Assembly: GCA_020891255.1 (NCBI GenBank)
Contig: BQFW01000008.1
Coordinates: 2,542,001 to 2,606,000, forward strand
Direction of reading: 5' to 3'
Origin: Entomortierella parvispora E1425
Lineage: Eukaryota; Fungi; Mortierellomycota
DNA: 64,000 nucleotides
Shown here: positions 21,684 to 33,800 of the stretch, in pieces
Numbering within the stretch: position 1 is the first letter of the stretch
Layout of the letters: each line of letters opens with the position of its first letter
The notes under the pieces: generated by a model
What the model saw: only the letters and a program-made list of their open reading frames with translations
What the model was told of the DNA's origin: nothing
Database searches by the model: none
Made by a program: the position numbers and the translations under genes

Positions 21684-23089
21684 TTAGCAGCATCCGTTGC
21701 CGGCAGGCTTGTCCTGGGGAGTAGGGGTTATGCTGATGGAGGCACCGCCAGCCTTCAACTCGTCCTTGCCACCCTCCTTGGGCATATGATTCGTCACGAC
21801 CTTGTAGATCTGATAGACAGAACATATAGGGGAAAAAAAAGTCAGTTCACCAATAGTCTGTCAAGAGATTCTCTGTCATTTCTCTCCTGTCGCGAACCAG
21901 TGGATAGAAGGTGAGTAGGTGGAGAAACATACCTCAGTCAACAAGTTGGTGAAAGCAATGTCGACGTTGGTGGCGTCCAAGGCCGAAGTCTCGATAAACA
22001 TCAATCCGTTCTCCTCTGCAAAGCCCTTGGCCTCCTCGGTGTGAATGGAGCGCAAGTGTCTCAAATCCGACTTGTTACCGACCAACATGACGATAATGTT
22101 GGAGTCTGCGTGCTCGCGGACCTCGGACAACCATCTTGAGACGGACTCGTAGGTACCGTGCTGGGTGATATCATACAACAACAAGGCGCCGACGGCTCCA
22201 CGGTAGTAAGCCGAAGTGATGGCACGGTAACGCTCCTGTCCGGCAGTGTCCCAAATCTGGGCCTAAATAAATATATAATTTTGTGTCGCATGAGCAAAAA
22301 AGCATCGTCAGAGTCGGGTCCTGGAAGATCACGAAGCTAAGCCGAGAGAAAATAAGAAGGGGATGGCTGTGCCTTTTCTTCGAAAAAGACAGCGGGAAAG
22401 CCAAAAGGGATGACATAGACAGGGGTCCAGCCCAAGACAGGCGCAGACAACCACGAGGACATGGTCTCCTTCCTCCTTTGTCTCCTTCCTTCTCTTCCCT
22501 CCAGCCAACAATTCCTCGCCTCCTTTGCCCTTTGCCCTTGGCTTCCCCCTTGCTCCAGTAGGGCGTGTTGGTCTTCTATTTCCAAAGAGTCCCGTGGGCT
22601 GTATCTTTTTTTGTCTTTCCTCTGCTTTCTACTTCCTGTCGATGCACGCCTTCTCCTGGTTCACCAATAACGAGATATTCCGTGCATGAGACTGAATCCA
22701 TGATAACTGTCCCCAGGGTGCGCCAAAGAAAAGAAAACAACCAAAAAAACAACCAGAGATGGCAAAAAGATGATGACGCTCGTCCTGGGGGTAATGTGGT
22801 CACGCTGGCCTTGTGGTCATTATCACGTCTAAGCATCATCCTTTTCTTCCCCAATGCAGCCCTAGATGAGAATAAGAGGAAAAATACAAGAGGCCGGATG
22901 GAGTACCTTGATCATCTTTCCATCCTCGACCTGGACAGTTCTGGCACCAAAGTCCACACCGATGGTTGACTTTGACTCGAGGTTGAAGTCACCGCGGGTG
23001 AAACGGCTGAGCAAGTTGGACTTGCCGACACCGGAGTCACCGATGAGGACGATCTTGAAAAGGAAATCGTAAGCGTCGTTCTGGGCCAT
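21684..23089 (-). CDS. Rab11/Ypt31-family small GTPase, exons 23089-22907, 22262-21933, 21809-21684
   Basis: [70 protein letters not shown] and a C-terminal GCC prenylation motif. Confidence 0.95.
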
Positions 23090-24662
23090 GATGGATGGTG
23101 TGTTAATTAGGGAAGAGAGGGAAGGGGAGGGAGCGGAAGGGGATGAAGAAAAGAAGGGAAGAGATGAAAGCAGATAGTTCTCAAGCGGGGGACAGTGTAA
23201 AAAAAAAATTTGTGAGCACGGGAGGACAGAACCCAAAAACAGTTCTTTCTTTCTTTCCCTGTTTCCTTTCTTGCTTCTGTCCTTCTGTCCTTCTGTCCTT
23301 CTGTCCTTCTGTCCACCCTGGCAGTAAGAGGAGCATGTGGGTTTGGCTTTGGCTTCTCTTTCTCTGGGTCACTCACTGCCCCCTTGGTGGTTCGGTGCTG
23401 GTGGACTCTCCTTCGTCGTCCTCAACGACCTCTGCTTCCCACCCAGCGACCCCGACAGTTGTTTGCCACCAGCAAAGGAGACGCGTCCGCTTCTTGCCAC
23501 GTTGGTCAATGAACAAGCAGTCACCAGTTGGTCAGGCCATTTGTCCAAGAAATATGTCCGACTGACTCCACACCCGTGCACAGCCTGTTCTTGTTGTTGG
23601 GTGAGAGCCAGGCGTATCCTTGGATTGTACCGCGATGCGATCGCATGTGCACCTCAAATTGGAAGATCTCAAAATTCAAATAAAAGCACAGAGCGACCAC
23701 TCCATCTGCCTCGTTGCTGGGATATTCGGTTTCCAGTGAGGATTGCTAGATATTACTTTTATCTTTCAATCGTACAATCTGGATAAATGTCGCTCATTTT
23801 CTCCATCGTTGCCCAGGAGCAGATACATTATTGCAGGGATTGGCTTGATGAAGAGCAAATGACAAGGTTGACAGGACTTTCACAGCGTGCGCGTGCGCTC
23901 GAACTCACACGAGGGAAAATCAATCGTCGCTGTGAAGGACCCCCCGCTGCATCTTCTTGACAACCCCACTGAAATTTTCTTATCGTTCGTTCCTACATCA
24001 CAAAGAGGGACAGGCTGGATCCAAAGCTTTTATGACAACGGCGATTTGTCGCTGGATGTCATCTAGTATAGGCGAGGGCCATGCTTGTTAAAGCAGAAAA
24101 CCAAAAAAAAAAAAGGAATGAGCAACACGAATGGAAGGGTGAATGTCGCAGTCGAACAGGAACGGAGGTAGGAAGCGGGAGGTGTGAGGTTGAAGGGAAA
24201 GGGAGGAAGAGGGAAAAGTCGATACGACCATGCCATCCTACAGGCAGCGCTCGGGTGGGTGGACCGGTGCCTGTCTGTTTTTTTCTGCTCTCTGTGTCCC
24301 TAACCTACTTTTGGCGCCGGACCAGTGCATGCTTGTGAGTTCAAAAAATATATTGAACTTGTTCTCACTTTCGTCATGGCATTTGAACCACGTTTGAGCC
24401 GCTCTGAACCCACTCTGTGAATCTTTGAACCTTCTCTGTTGACCGCTCTGAACACGCTCAAACCCCCCCCCAAAACGCGCTTTTGTAAATCACTCTTCGC
24501 CGCTGTAGGCCCCGGGACCGTTCCCACTGAACAGATACAATTTGCATTGGCTATTGAGACTGAAGGGCGAAGAGGTACGGATGAACTGCCTTGACTCCCC
24601 AACTTCAATTTTTCCGTAGAATCGAAACATATAATACAATATATACCCATTAATCCTGCAAC

Positions 24663-25271
24663 TCGAACAATGGAGCCCAGGCGCTGTCAGAGGCACTTGA
24701 GACCAACTCGACTCTGACCACTTTGAAGATGTAGTGTAACAATATCGAAGAGAAAGGATATCAGGCGATGGCCGAGGCACTCAAGACCAACTCGACTCTT
24801 ACCATTTTGTACTTGACTAACAACCAGATGGAAGAGAAAGGAAGTCAGGCGCTGTCAGAGGCACTCAAGACCAACTCGACTCTCACCATTTTGAACTTGA
24901 GTAACAACCAGATGGGAGAGAAAGAAATTCGGTTGCTATCAGAGGCACTCAAGACCAACTCAACTCTGACCACTCTGGACTTAGAGGACAATTCGATCGG
25001 TTCCAAGGGAGCTCAAACACTGTCAGAGGAGCTCACTGCCAACTCGACTCTGACCACTTTGAAATTGACCAACAACTCGATCTCGTCCGGATCTGGAACC
25101 TTACCTGCACGATGGGAAAAATGCTTGACATTGGAGGGAGGTTTCTACTACGTGGATCATAATATCAAATCGACCAGCTGGAGAGAACCCAAAACCTCAT
25201 CCGATTGCCCGCAGGATGGAAAATTAGAGAGAGAAAAAGAACAGACTCTAAGTGGAGCCGGCACTCCTTGA
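24663..25271 (+). pseudogene. Truncated RNI-like LRR (NLRC3-like, 28-aa repeats) plus WW-domain gene fragment
   Basis: Five ALSEALKTNSTLTxLxLxxNxI repeats with an in-frame TAG at 24732 and no intact 5' part, followed by the WW motif LPARWEKCLTLEGGFYYVDHNIKSTSWREP. Confidence 0.75.
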
Positions 25272-25358
25272 TCAAAAAAAAAGCAGGGCCATTCGTTCAA
25301 GTCTCGGAATGGTGCCTTGAAAAACATCCATTGGCTATGGCAGTGTTAGAATGAGAGA

Positions 25359-26822
25359 TAGTGGGGCGCCCCAATCTCTACTGCAACGCCAGGTAGACAT
25401 GCATGGACACTGTTGGGGACATGTCGGTAAGATGTATTCACTCATCCGTTCTGAATTATCGTCTCTCTTTACTTCGCCTTTCACAATTGCCTCTTTTATG
25501 TAGTTCACCCAGACTTGATCCCCATCACATTACCAAAACTAATAAAGGTTGTAACCGAGGATGGGTCGACTTCCGATCCTCGGATATCACCCCCTCGGGG
25601 TCGTTTACTATTATTTCTTGGCGTTGGAATGGGTCAATGCATCACTACGCGCCAGGAGTGCGGGGGCGAATGGGGCAAATATTATTCGCCCTTTTCTCGG
25701 CACATTTGGTAGCACACATTCTTGAGCTCGAGGCAAATGTTCTTATAGCATTTCTGACCGTTAAACAGAAAAAAACTTTGCGCCCTGGTGCACCAAGTGA
25801 ACCTACTGATTGCCAAGTGAACCAGCGGCCTGCACGTTCTGACCAGACTGTAGTTCCCTATCCGATACCTGTCACAATCGGTGTTTATAAAGGCTTTCAA
25901 AGAGTCCAAACAGAGTCTTACTGGTGCGAGTAGCAATCCCAAGCTTGCACGCAGAGTACATCCAGGCACTCATAAGAGGAAGACATTGCGGGATTCCAAA
26001 GGCTTGTAACCAGGGAGATAGAAAAACAACATGCAACAACACAAAATAATCTCAGGTGTTCTGTTTTTTTTCCCATCCGCTCCCGGAGCGAGAGAACGAT
26101 TAGTGGGGCGCCCCAATCTCTACTGCAACGCCAGGTAGACATGCATGGAAACTGTTGGGGACGTGTCGGTAAGATGTATTCACTCTTCCGTTCTGAATTA
26201 TCGTCTCTCTTTACTTCGCCTTTCACAATTGCCTCTTTTATGTAGCTCACCCAAACTCAATCCGCCACCACATTACCAAAACTAATAAAGGTTGTAACCG
26301 GGGATGGGTCGACTTCACATCCCCGGATATCACCCCCTCGGGGTCGTTTACTATTATTTCTTGGCGTTGGAATGGGTCAATGCATCTCTACGCGCCAGGA
26401 GTGCGGGGGCGAATGGGGCGAATATTATTCGCCCTTTTCTCGGCACATTTGGTAGCACACATTTCTTGAGCTCGAGGCAAATGTTCTTATAGCATTTCTG
26501 ATCGTTAAAGAGAAAAAGACATTGCGCCCTGGTGCACCAAGTGAACCTACTGATTGCCAAGTGAACCAGCGGCCTGCACGTTCTGACCAGACTGTAGTTC
26601 CCTATCCGATACCTGTCACAATCGGTGTTTATAAAGGCTTTCAAAGAGTCCAAACAGAGTCTTACTGGTGCGAGTAGCAATCCCAAGCTTGCACGCAGAG
26701 TACATCCAGGCACTCATAAGAGGAAGACATTGCGGGATTCCAAAGGCTTGTAACCAGGGAGATAGAAAAACAACATGCAACAACACAAAATAATCTCATG
26801 TTAGGTGTTCTGTTTTTTTTCC
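25359..26822 (+). repeat. Direct tandem duplication with a 742-bp period (copies ~25359-26070 and ~26101-26822), each carrying a 77-bp GT-AG intron; probable duplicated pseudogene fragments
   Basis: TAGTGGGGCGCCCCAATCTCTACTGC starts at 25359 and at 26101, and the sequences stay near-identical to GGTGTTCTGTTTTTTTT. Introns at 25427-25503 and 26169-26245. Confidence 0.92.
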
Positions 26823-26900
26823 TTTTGATGCAGCTTGAAAGCGATGAGGGAGAATTTTAGACCGGATCCTGGATCCGAAGTGAACACAGAATGTGTGGTT

Positions 26901-27186
26901 GATGCAAGAAGTTGAGCATGCTCGATTGCATATCCGCGTTTTGCCTACCAGAATGTTTGGCCTATCCTCTCCAGCCGTTCTGCAACTCTTTGCATACGTT
27001 TGATGCAAACGATGGTCGACTGCATATCCGCACTTTGCCTACCAGCATGTTTGGCCTGTCCTCTCCAGCCGTTTTGCAACCCTTGGCAAACCTTTGATGC
27101 AAACGATGCTCGACTGCATATCCGCACTTTGCCTACAGGTATGTCTAGCTGGTTCTCTCCAACCGCCCTCCGCCCCTTGGCAAACG
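26901..27186. repeat. Three tandem copies of a 94-bp non-coding repeat
   Basis: TGCATATCCGC recurs at 26927, 27021 and 27115. The period of 94 is not a multiple of 3. Confidence 0.9.
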
Positions 27187-27194
27187 TATAAATA
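27187..27194 (+). promoter_or_regulatory. TATA box (TATAAATA) of the secreted-protein gene
   Basis: Canonical TATA about 190 bp upstream of the ATG at 27384, directly after the 94-bp repeats. Confidence 0.45.
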
Positions 27195-27383
27195 TCGAAA
27201 TATCCCTCCATCAAAACATCCTCAACTCAACCAACCTTCTCCTCTTGCCTGTAAGTACCTACCCGCACCATCCTGACCACAAACAGAACTCCCTTGTGTT
27301 CCTGAGACTTTTATACTAACCAGGCCCACCACTTGCTACCCAACACTTTACAGTCCTATCAAGACTCCAACGAACTCCAGAAA

Positions 27384-27818
27384 ATGAAGTCCATCTTTGC
27401 TTTGTTGTCCACTGTCGCTCTTGCCAGTCTCTCTCTTGCCGCTGCCGTTCCCGCCGCGCCAACTGCAACTTTTGCCATTACCAAGGGATCCGATGCATCG
27501 CATGTTTCTCCCATGGGACCTGGATCAAACAAATTCCAGGTCACCGCCTATCAGTCTAACGGCCATGGTTTGGGGTTTTTGGTGTTTGGCGGACGTACTT
27601 GCGTTTGCCTCGCGAACGTCGTCACCTCGTCACTCGATGGCAGCAACGGAGGTGTCATTCAAGTCTACGGTTCGAACGATTGCTCCGGTGGATTCCAGAC
27701 CATGGATTCCAACGGACATCTCGGTAATGCTGAGTGGGTCAACTCTGTCTCGTTTGGTGTTGGCGGTGTCGCGGCCGGTAAATTCCAGAACGGCGAATGC
27801 CCTATTTGGTACTCTTAG
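27384..27818 (+). CDS. Small secreted cysteine-containing protein (144 aa), unknown function
   Basis: Signal peptide MKSIFALLSTVALASLSLAAA, beta-rich body with 4 Cys (TCVCL, NDCSG, GECP), and coding-like codon usage. Confidence 0.8.
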   Translation: MKSIFALLSTVALASLSLAAAVPAAPTATFAITKGSDASHVSPMGPGSNKFQVTAYQSNGHGLGFLVFGGRTCVCLANVVTSSLDGSNGGVIQVYGSNDCSGGFQTMDSNGHLGNAEWVNSVSFGVGGVAAGKFQNGECPIWYS

Positions 27819-30800
27819 ACAAAGATTGGTGACTCTATATCTTTTGTAAAAGAATAAAAGAGTCGCGCTTTCGTGCTCCTGCACCAAATATAACCGATCT
27901 CTTGAGATCGAAGTCTGAAGGCAAATGATTGAAGGATAATGTGATGAGTAAGGTAAGAGATGAATGAAAGAACGAAGGGCTGAACACGAAAGTCGAGGGT
28001 GGGGTTGTATGTGGCAAAGGCAATGAAGGCGTGGGAGTGGTAGCAAATGTGATGGGGTCAGGACACTTCAGCCAAAACATCAAAATTCAAGCCGCAATCC
28101 AGGCAACAAAAAAAAAAGGAAGTGCTCGCTTCAGTACCTTCAAGAAACGGTAGCCACCTGCACAACACGCATCTTCAGGTCAAAGGACTTCATGAACTTG
28201 GTGCAGGGAGAAAGTGCCAGTGAATAAACATCAATCTCCCCCGAAAGATGAGTGGGGCTTGGGCGGGGAGCCGTCAATTGATCAATTGACTCGTCAAAGG
28301 AGGGAGGTGTCAATTGAGAAATCGATTTATTTCCAGGCAAACTTTTGTCTCTATTTCCAGGCATGGAAAATCGATTTTTTTCTGGATGCCTCGTTGTCAT
28401 GTGGAGACGCGTGAAGTGTACCAGAACCAGCCACAACCCTTGCTGTCTTCAGGCTATTCTCTTCTCTCACTTCTGTCGGCCTCCTTTCTTTTTAACGCTC
28501 ACTGGTGTAGAGCCCCTCCCACCCTAACGGTCTATCATATTCTCAACAGCTCCATCTTGTCCTCTATCCCTCCATCATGGCCCTCTCTTTACATGATTGT
28601 AGATCTGAAGAGTTTGGTGACAGTCTGTTCCTAGACAAGGTGCATGGGCTCCCAATGACTGGCCTCTCCTATTTTTGATGCCAGGGGTCAACAGCCGCTG
28701 CTATATTCATTAAGTTCAGGGCCCCTGACAGATCTCGTGGCTCTTGCCCCCACCCCCCTCATCCTCTCTCCCCTTTGTTTCGGCGTCCATGCACATGCAC
28801 TATTTGGAGCCAGTGGTCAAGGATGGGCGCAACACAGGTCTGCAGGTCCGTATTTAGTAGGTGATCTGAAGGGGCGGAGGGCTCAATAACTGCGACAAAT
28901 GTGCATTTACCGAGTTATTTTAGATCTAAGGGTCGACTTGGGCCCTTACGGGTAGCGCAGTTGCACCATCGGCGGACGTCTTTGAACATTGACGTCAACG
29001 TGTAAAATCTTTTTCAATGACACTCGGTCCTAACCTTTTGAGGGAAGTTTGCACATGCGAACACAGTCTAGTTTGGTCAAAGAACTCAGGGCTATCCTAT
29101 AGGACAGACTAGTTTGTTTCAGGGATTAAGTATCGTCATCAAAAGGGGACCCTTTCACAGGACAATCAAACAGCGAAGCGAAACAGGGGATGGTGATTGT
29201 TTAACGTTCTTCTAGACAATAGTCGGGCACGCAACGGATAGCGCGCACTACTTTTTTTCCCTAGAAAAGAGGAACCCCATTTTAATGCTGTGAGACAACG
29301 TGGTGGATGAGAGACGAGAGAGGATCTGAATTGAAAAACGTGTGGACTCACCCACGTCATTGTCAACATTGTCCCTCATCTTTTCCCGTTCTCTCAGCCC
29401 TCTGTTTCTGCATGTGTTTTTTATTTTTTAGACACAACGATTTCAAATGCAACAACACAACGGTTTCTCTGATCTATGCTGCGGCTGAAGAGGAATAGAT
29501 CGTGTTTTCTTTTCTTGTCCAATCAAAGAGTCTGGATCCCATCAGCGTTCACAGCAACCCCCTCGCCCGCCGCGTCTTCAAACATCAACAAGAACAACAT
29601 CAAGAGCAACCAACTCCTACGGATGCTGCTCCCTTTTTATTTTTGAGAGCGAAATAACACAAAGAGGAATCTATCTTCTGTTCTTTGTTCTCTTTGTTCT
29701 TGCCCAACGTGGAATAGAAAGAGCAATTATTTTTTTCCCCTTGTACAGTACCCTCCCTCCATTGCAACCTCTTTGGTTTTATCCCGCACCCAATCGTCGT
29801 GACAACCGAGCGGTGAGGTAGAGACGTTAGGTTCATGAGGGAAAGAGGGGGGCGAAAAAAAAAAAGAGTACCCCTAAAGTTGTCAATTGTTCAAGAGAAA
29901 AACTGAAAATCTCCTAGTGGTTGAACCCTCCTGAGAGAAAAAAGAAAGGGCCAAAAGGGCGAAAAAATAAAAAAAGCCCGATCCCACATAGTTGAGACCA
30001 TGGTGGAGTCCAGATGCACAATAATAATCAAATCCAAACTTACAAGTACATGTCACTTCATACATTACAGTGTGGAATACATGGGGAGGGAAACCTACAG
30101 CAGCAGCAACCAGTAGAGGATGAGCGTGGGTAGATTGGCAAGACCTTATTGCATGTAAGTCCACTTGTCTCTTACGAGTTCATAACTTCCAGACAAGTCG
30201 AGAAAAAAAAAATAACTCGATTGCAAACTGTCCAGAGAAAAAAAAAGAGCCTTGAAACGGAAGACGTCCGAATAAAAACCAGCAGAGCGGGACACGCATC
30301 CGATAGACGGATGCTGGAACCCTAATAGATGAACCTGCTAAGAGCTCAAGGTTGGTTCTCATAACGCCCATCGTTCTTTTTTTGTCCCCTCAGAAACGTT
30401 TCAAAGAGCTGTTCGTGACGAGTTTTGATTGTTTGTCTCTACGGAGTGGAATAACTTGTTGCCAAAGGTCAACAGTTCGTTCTTCAATTGGCTCATCCAC
30501 ACGACAGTAAACTTCGGTTCGTGTTGAAAAAGTAATACTGTAGTCGCTGTAGGGATTAGACCAGCAGGGCGTCTAGATCATGGCCAAACGATTCGCCGGC
30601 GGCACATCGGCTGTGGGTACATGTACATACTGTACTTGCAAAAATTCACAGCAATAAGGGCCCTCTCTTTGTTTGTTGAGGGTATTACTCATCAACGGGG
30701 AACCAGTCATGCGACGGGTACTAGACATGTTTGTTTGGTGTGCGCGTGGTGCATCAAGCGAGGTACGTGAACAACACTTTACGGTACATGTATGTCTATT

Positions 30801-33800
30801 GCTCCATTGCGTTCATGTATCTTTGTCTGCACGTCTGTCTGCGCTAGCGAAATTACTTTAGACCGCGATTGTGACCTCGCTGGGTGATCTTGTCCCTGAG
30901 AAAAAAAAAAGGGAAAAGGAAAAAAATTGATCTTTGGACGATCGATTGAACGGAATGTTTTCTCTTGCGATCAGGAAAAAGAGATATGTAGAGAACTGCA
31001 GAATGCAAAGAGGGGTAAACCTGGCAGCACTGTCAGTGCGCACCACACGGCCCCTTTCTGGATAAATGTCCCTTTGGGTTACTCGCTGTTGTAGTTTTGC
31101 CCACGGGAGGAAACAGAGGCAGACCATCAAATTAGAGTGCCTCCCCCTTCGTCTGGATCTCGGGTTGCGGGCGAATTCTTTTCTCCGATTGGTCCCTCCA
31201 TGCTCAACAGACGCTGCTCTCATCCGATTTTTTTTGTTCAATCTCTCGTTGCCTTAATTTCTTCCCTGAGATAACAAGCACAACAGATGACCTGTTCCCA
31301 TGCAATTGCTCTGGACTTTTAGGCAAGGCGACATATCGATGGCAATCCAGACCAAGTCAGGAGTAGAGCATTGCAAAAGAAAGAGGGAAGAGAGTCAATA
31401 AAGGAAAATCCGTTTGTGTGTGTGTTGTTGTGCGTGTGTTGTGCGTGTGTTGTGCGTGTTTACCGAGTTCAACTTCCCCCCTCTTCTCTTTTTTGCGCCT
31501 TTTTTCCATTCAATCGAATTCAAAAACACAAGAATTCTCCTCACATCACAAACAAGCGAGGTTCAGCCTCCGGAAGGCCTTCCGAGAGTTGGTCCAGGCT
31601 TTTCAACTCATGGGAAGACATGAGCCGTTTTTTTTTGTTTCTCTTCCATTTCTGGGGGCAAAAAAAAATATTATCGGATTCTCTTGAGAGCACCTCTCTA
31701 CGCCCTCATCATTCACCTATTTCCTTCTCCTCCTTTCGAAACAAAGAAGGTCGCCAAGGTAAAAAAAAATAATAAGACGACTCTCTCTCTCTTGGACCTT
31801 TGAAATATATCTCTATAAAAAAAAGTTAGGTCATCGTCTGCAACAGAGCGCCTTGCGCACGCCGTTTTCCTATTTCTCTTTTTTTATTTTCAGATCATCC
31901 AAGGATGTTCTTGAAGAGTGAATAGAAAAATATCCTGGTCTTCGAGAGAGGAACCCTGTGCAGGCTCAATTAATTCTCGCAGCAAAGGTACAGGGTCATC
32001 TTGCGTTGGGGGAATTTGGAGACGCACATGGCGCCGAAAGGGAGGCGGCTGTTGTCGTGTGTGTCTGTGTTATGATCGTATCGTGCCCATCCATCTCAAA
32101 GGTCGAAGCAATAATATTACTCACACAGCGTGACCTTGCCCCTCCTCCCCTCCTTTGGTTTCTTCTTTGTCTTTGTCGGCTGTTGATCCCGAATATGGGA
32201 GCGTAAAAACAGAGAACAACAAAGGACAAACAAGCCATGTGAACAGATTATTGCGCGCGCAAACAAGAAAAAACATGAGCAATTCCAAGGAGAATTCTTT
32301 TGCACCTCGTTGGGAGGGGTGTCACCAACCAACTCACCCTCCGTCCTTCCGCGCTTTGGCACGCCTTCTGAAAAAAAAAAAAAAAAAAAACTGACGTGGA
32401 AGAACCCCTCCTCTCCTTTGTCAACTCTAAGCGCCGCAACCCTAGAAATAAAAAAGAAAAACAAAACAACAACAGCAAATAACATCATCAACACAAAAAA
32501 TTGTCCGAGAGACGACACGCACCCCAACCTTGAATTAAAGCGCCACGAAGGTTGCATGGCTCGCCTTTCAATGCCAAGCCCAAAAGAAGACACTTCAATT
32601 GCTCTTTCCACAGAAAGAAAAAAAGAGAAAACAATCGTTTCCAAATGTGGGCTGGCGCAGGATTGTGTTATTTACGGTTTGCGCCCATCCAATAGGAGAT
32701 TATTCAGCTCGCCTTCGATCATCTGCTGTCCAAACCAACAAAAAACTGTGGGAACACGCTCCCTTCCTCGTTGCTTCACCCCTTTCCTCCCGCTTGGGTC
32801 GAATGATTTTTTTCTCCGCATTCATTGAAAGGGCCTAGCCCTTGAAATAGAATAGCTTTTCCCAGGTCTGCGCGTGTTTTTTTATTCTCCTTCAGCAGGT
32901 TGTTTGTTCACAAGATGCTGTGAACGAATGTCTTGGTCTATTTGTCTCGAAGGCCCCCCATTTGTGATCCATAGTTTCAATTCCATTTGTAGAAGAGAAA
33001 CGTGTGGAGGAGGATAAGACTGAGTCACCCCCCCGTGGCCGGTAGGTTTCAACTGGGGGTGAGTTTTTGTGCCATAACCATACCAGATAACGACGACAAA
33101 GGACGCGACCTAGACAAAGTCAGGTTTACCCATTTTCTTATTTATTTTCCACCCAATTGAGGACTGACCAACATTCTTGGAAGCGAGTTGAGAGAAGATG
33201 AAGGGGTCAGCGACAGAGATCATTCGCCAATCTTTTTAATTTTTTTTTCATGAACCAGTGGGAAAGTCGATGGCGCAAAAAAAAAAAAAAAAAGGAAAAA
33301 AGAAAAAGATAGCCACCGGTCTTGGGGCTATCCACCCCCTTTTTTCCAATTCGTGCACGACGACGCTTTTTTGTCCTCTTTGACAGAGTAGAGAGAAATG
33401 GGGGTGTCTCGAGATCCCCTCGCATCTCGCACACGACGTCCCGTGAACGGTCATGGAGCAGTGACGGTAGGGAAGGTTTCAATGGACAGACGCGGATACT
33501 TTTTTGTCCATCGTCACCGCAGCCCAAGACAAGACACCCCTGTCTGTCTGTCTGCTGGAAGGGATCATTAAAAAAGAATGAAAAGAAAAAGGAAAATGGG
33601 AGCGATGGGAACAAGGACTACGCCCTTTTGTCCCTTGCCTGCGGAATTGGCTCTGTCCCGACCTTAATATTTTTCATTCACGCCGCCCGTTGGGAATGAT
33701 GCAATGAAGAGAGGAGACAAAGGGAAAGGAGGCGCAGGTTGCAACCCTCGATGCAAAACAGCACGAGAGAGAGGCCAGTTGTGCAAGAGATAGTCAGTCA

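Noticed and set aside
22765-22845. ~11-bp terminal stem (GATGATG/CATCATC) inside Rab intron 1, resembling a C/D snoRNA
   Set aside because: There is no CTGA box D on the transcribed strand. A single stem is not enough evidence.
23270-23315. Short simple repeats (TCCTTCTG)n here, plus (GATG)n near 39765, (GGAA)n near 43502 and poly-Gln codon runs
   Set aside because: Ordinary microsatellites and low-complexity coding tracts.
26071-26105. CGCTC-ccg-GAGCG hairpin followed by TTAG at the duplication junction (Helitron 3' end?)
   Set aside because: The terminus is not CTRR, no matching 5' TC end could be defined, and there is no Rep/helicase remnant.
26901-27186. CRISPR-like array
   Set aside because: The units are contiguous 94-bp repeats with no unique spacers, and the context is eukaryotic with no cas genes.
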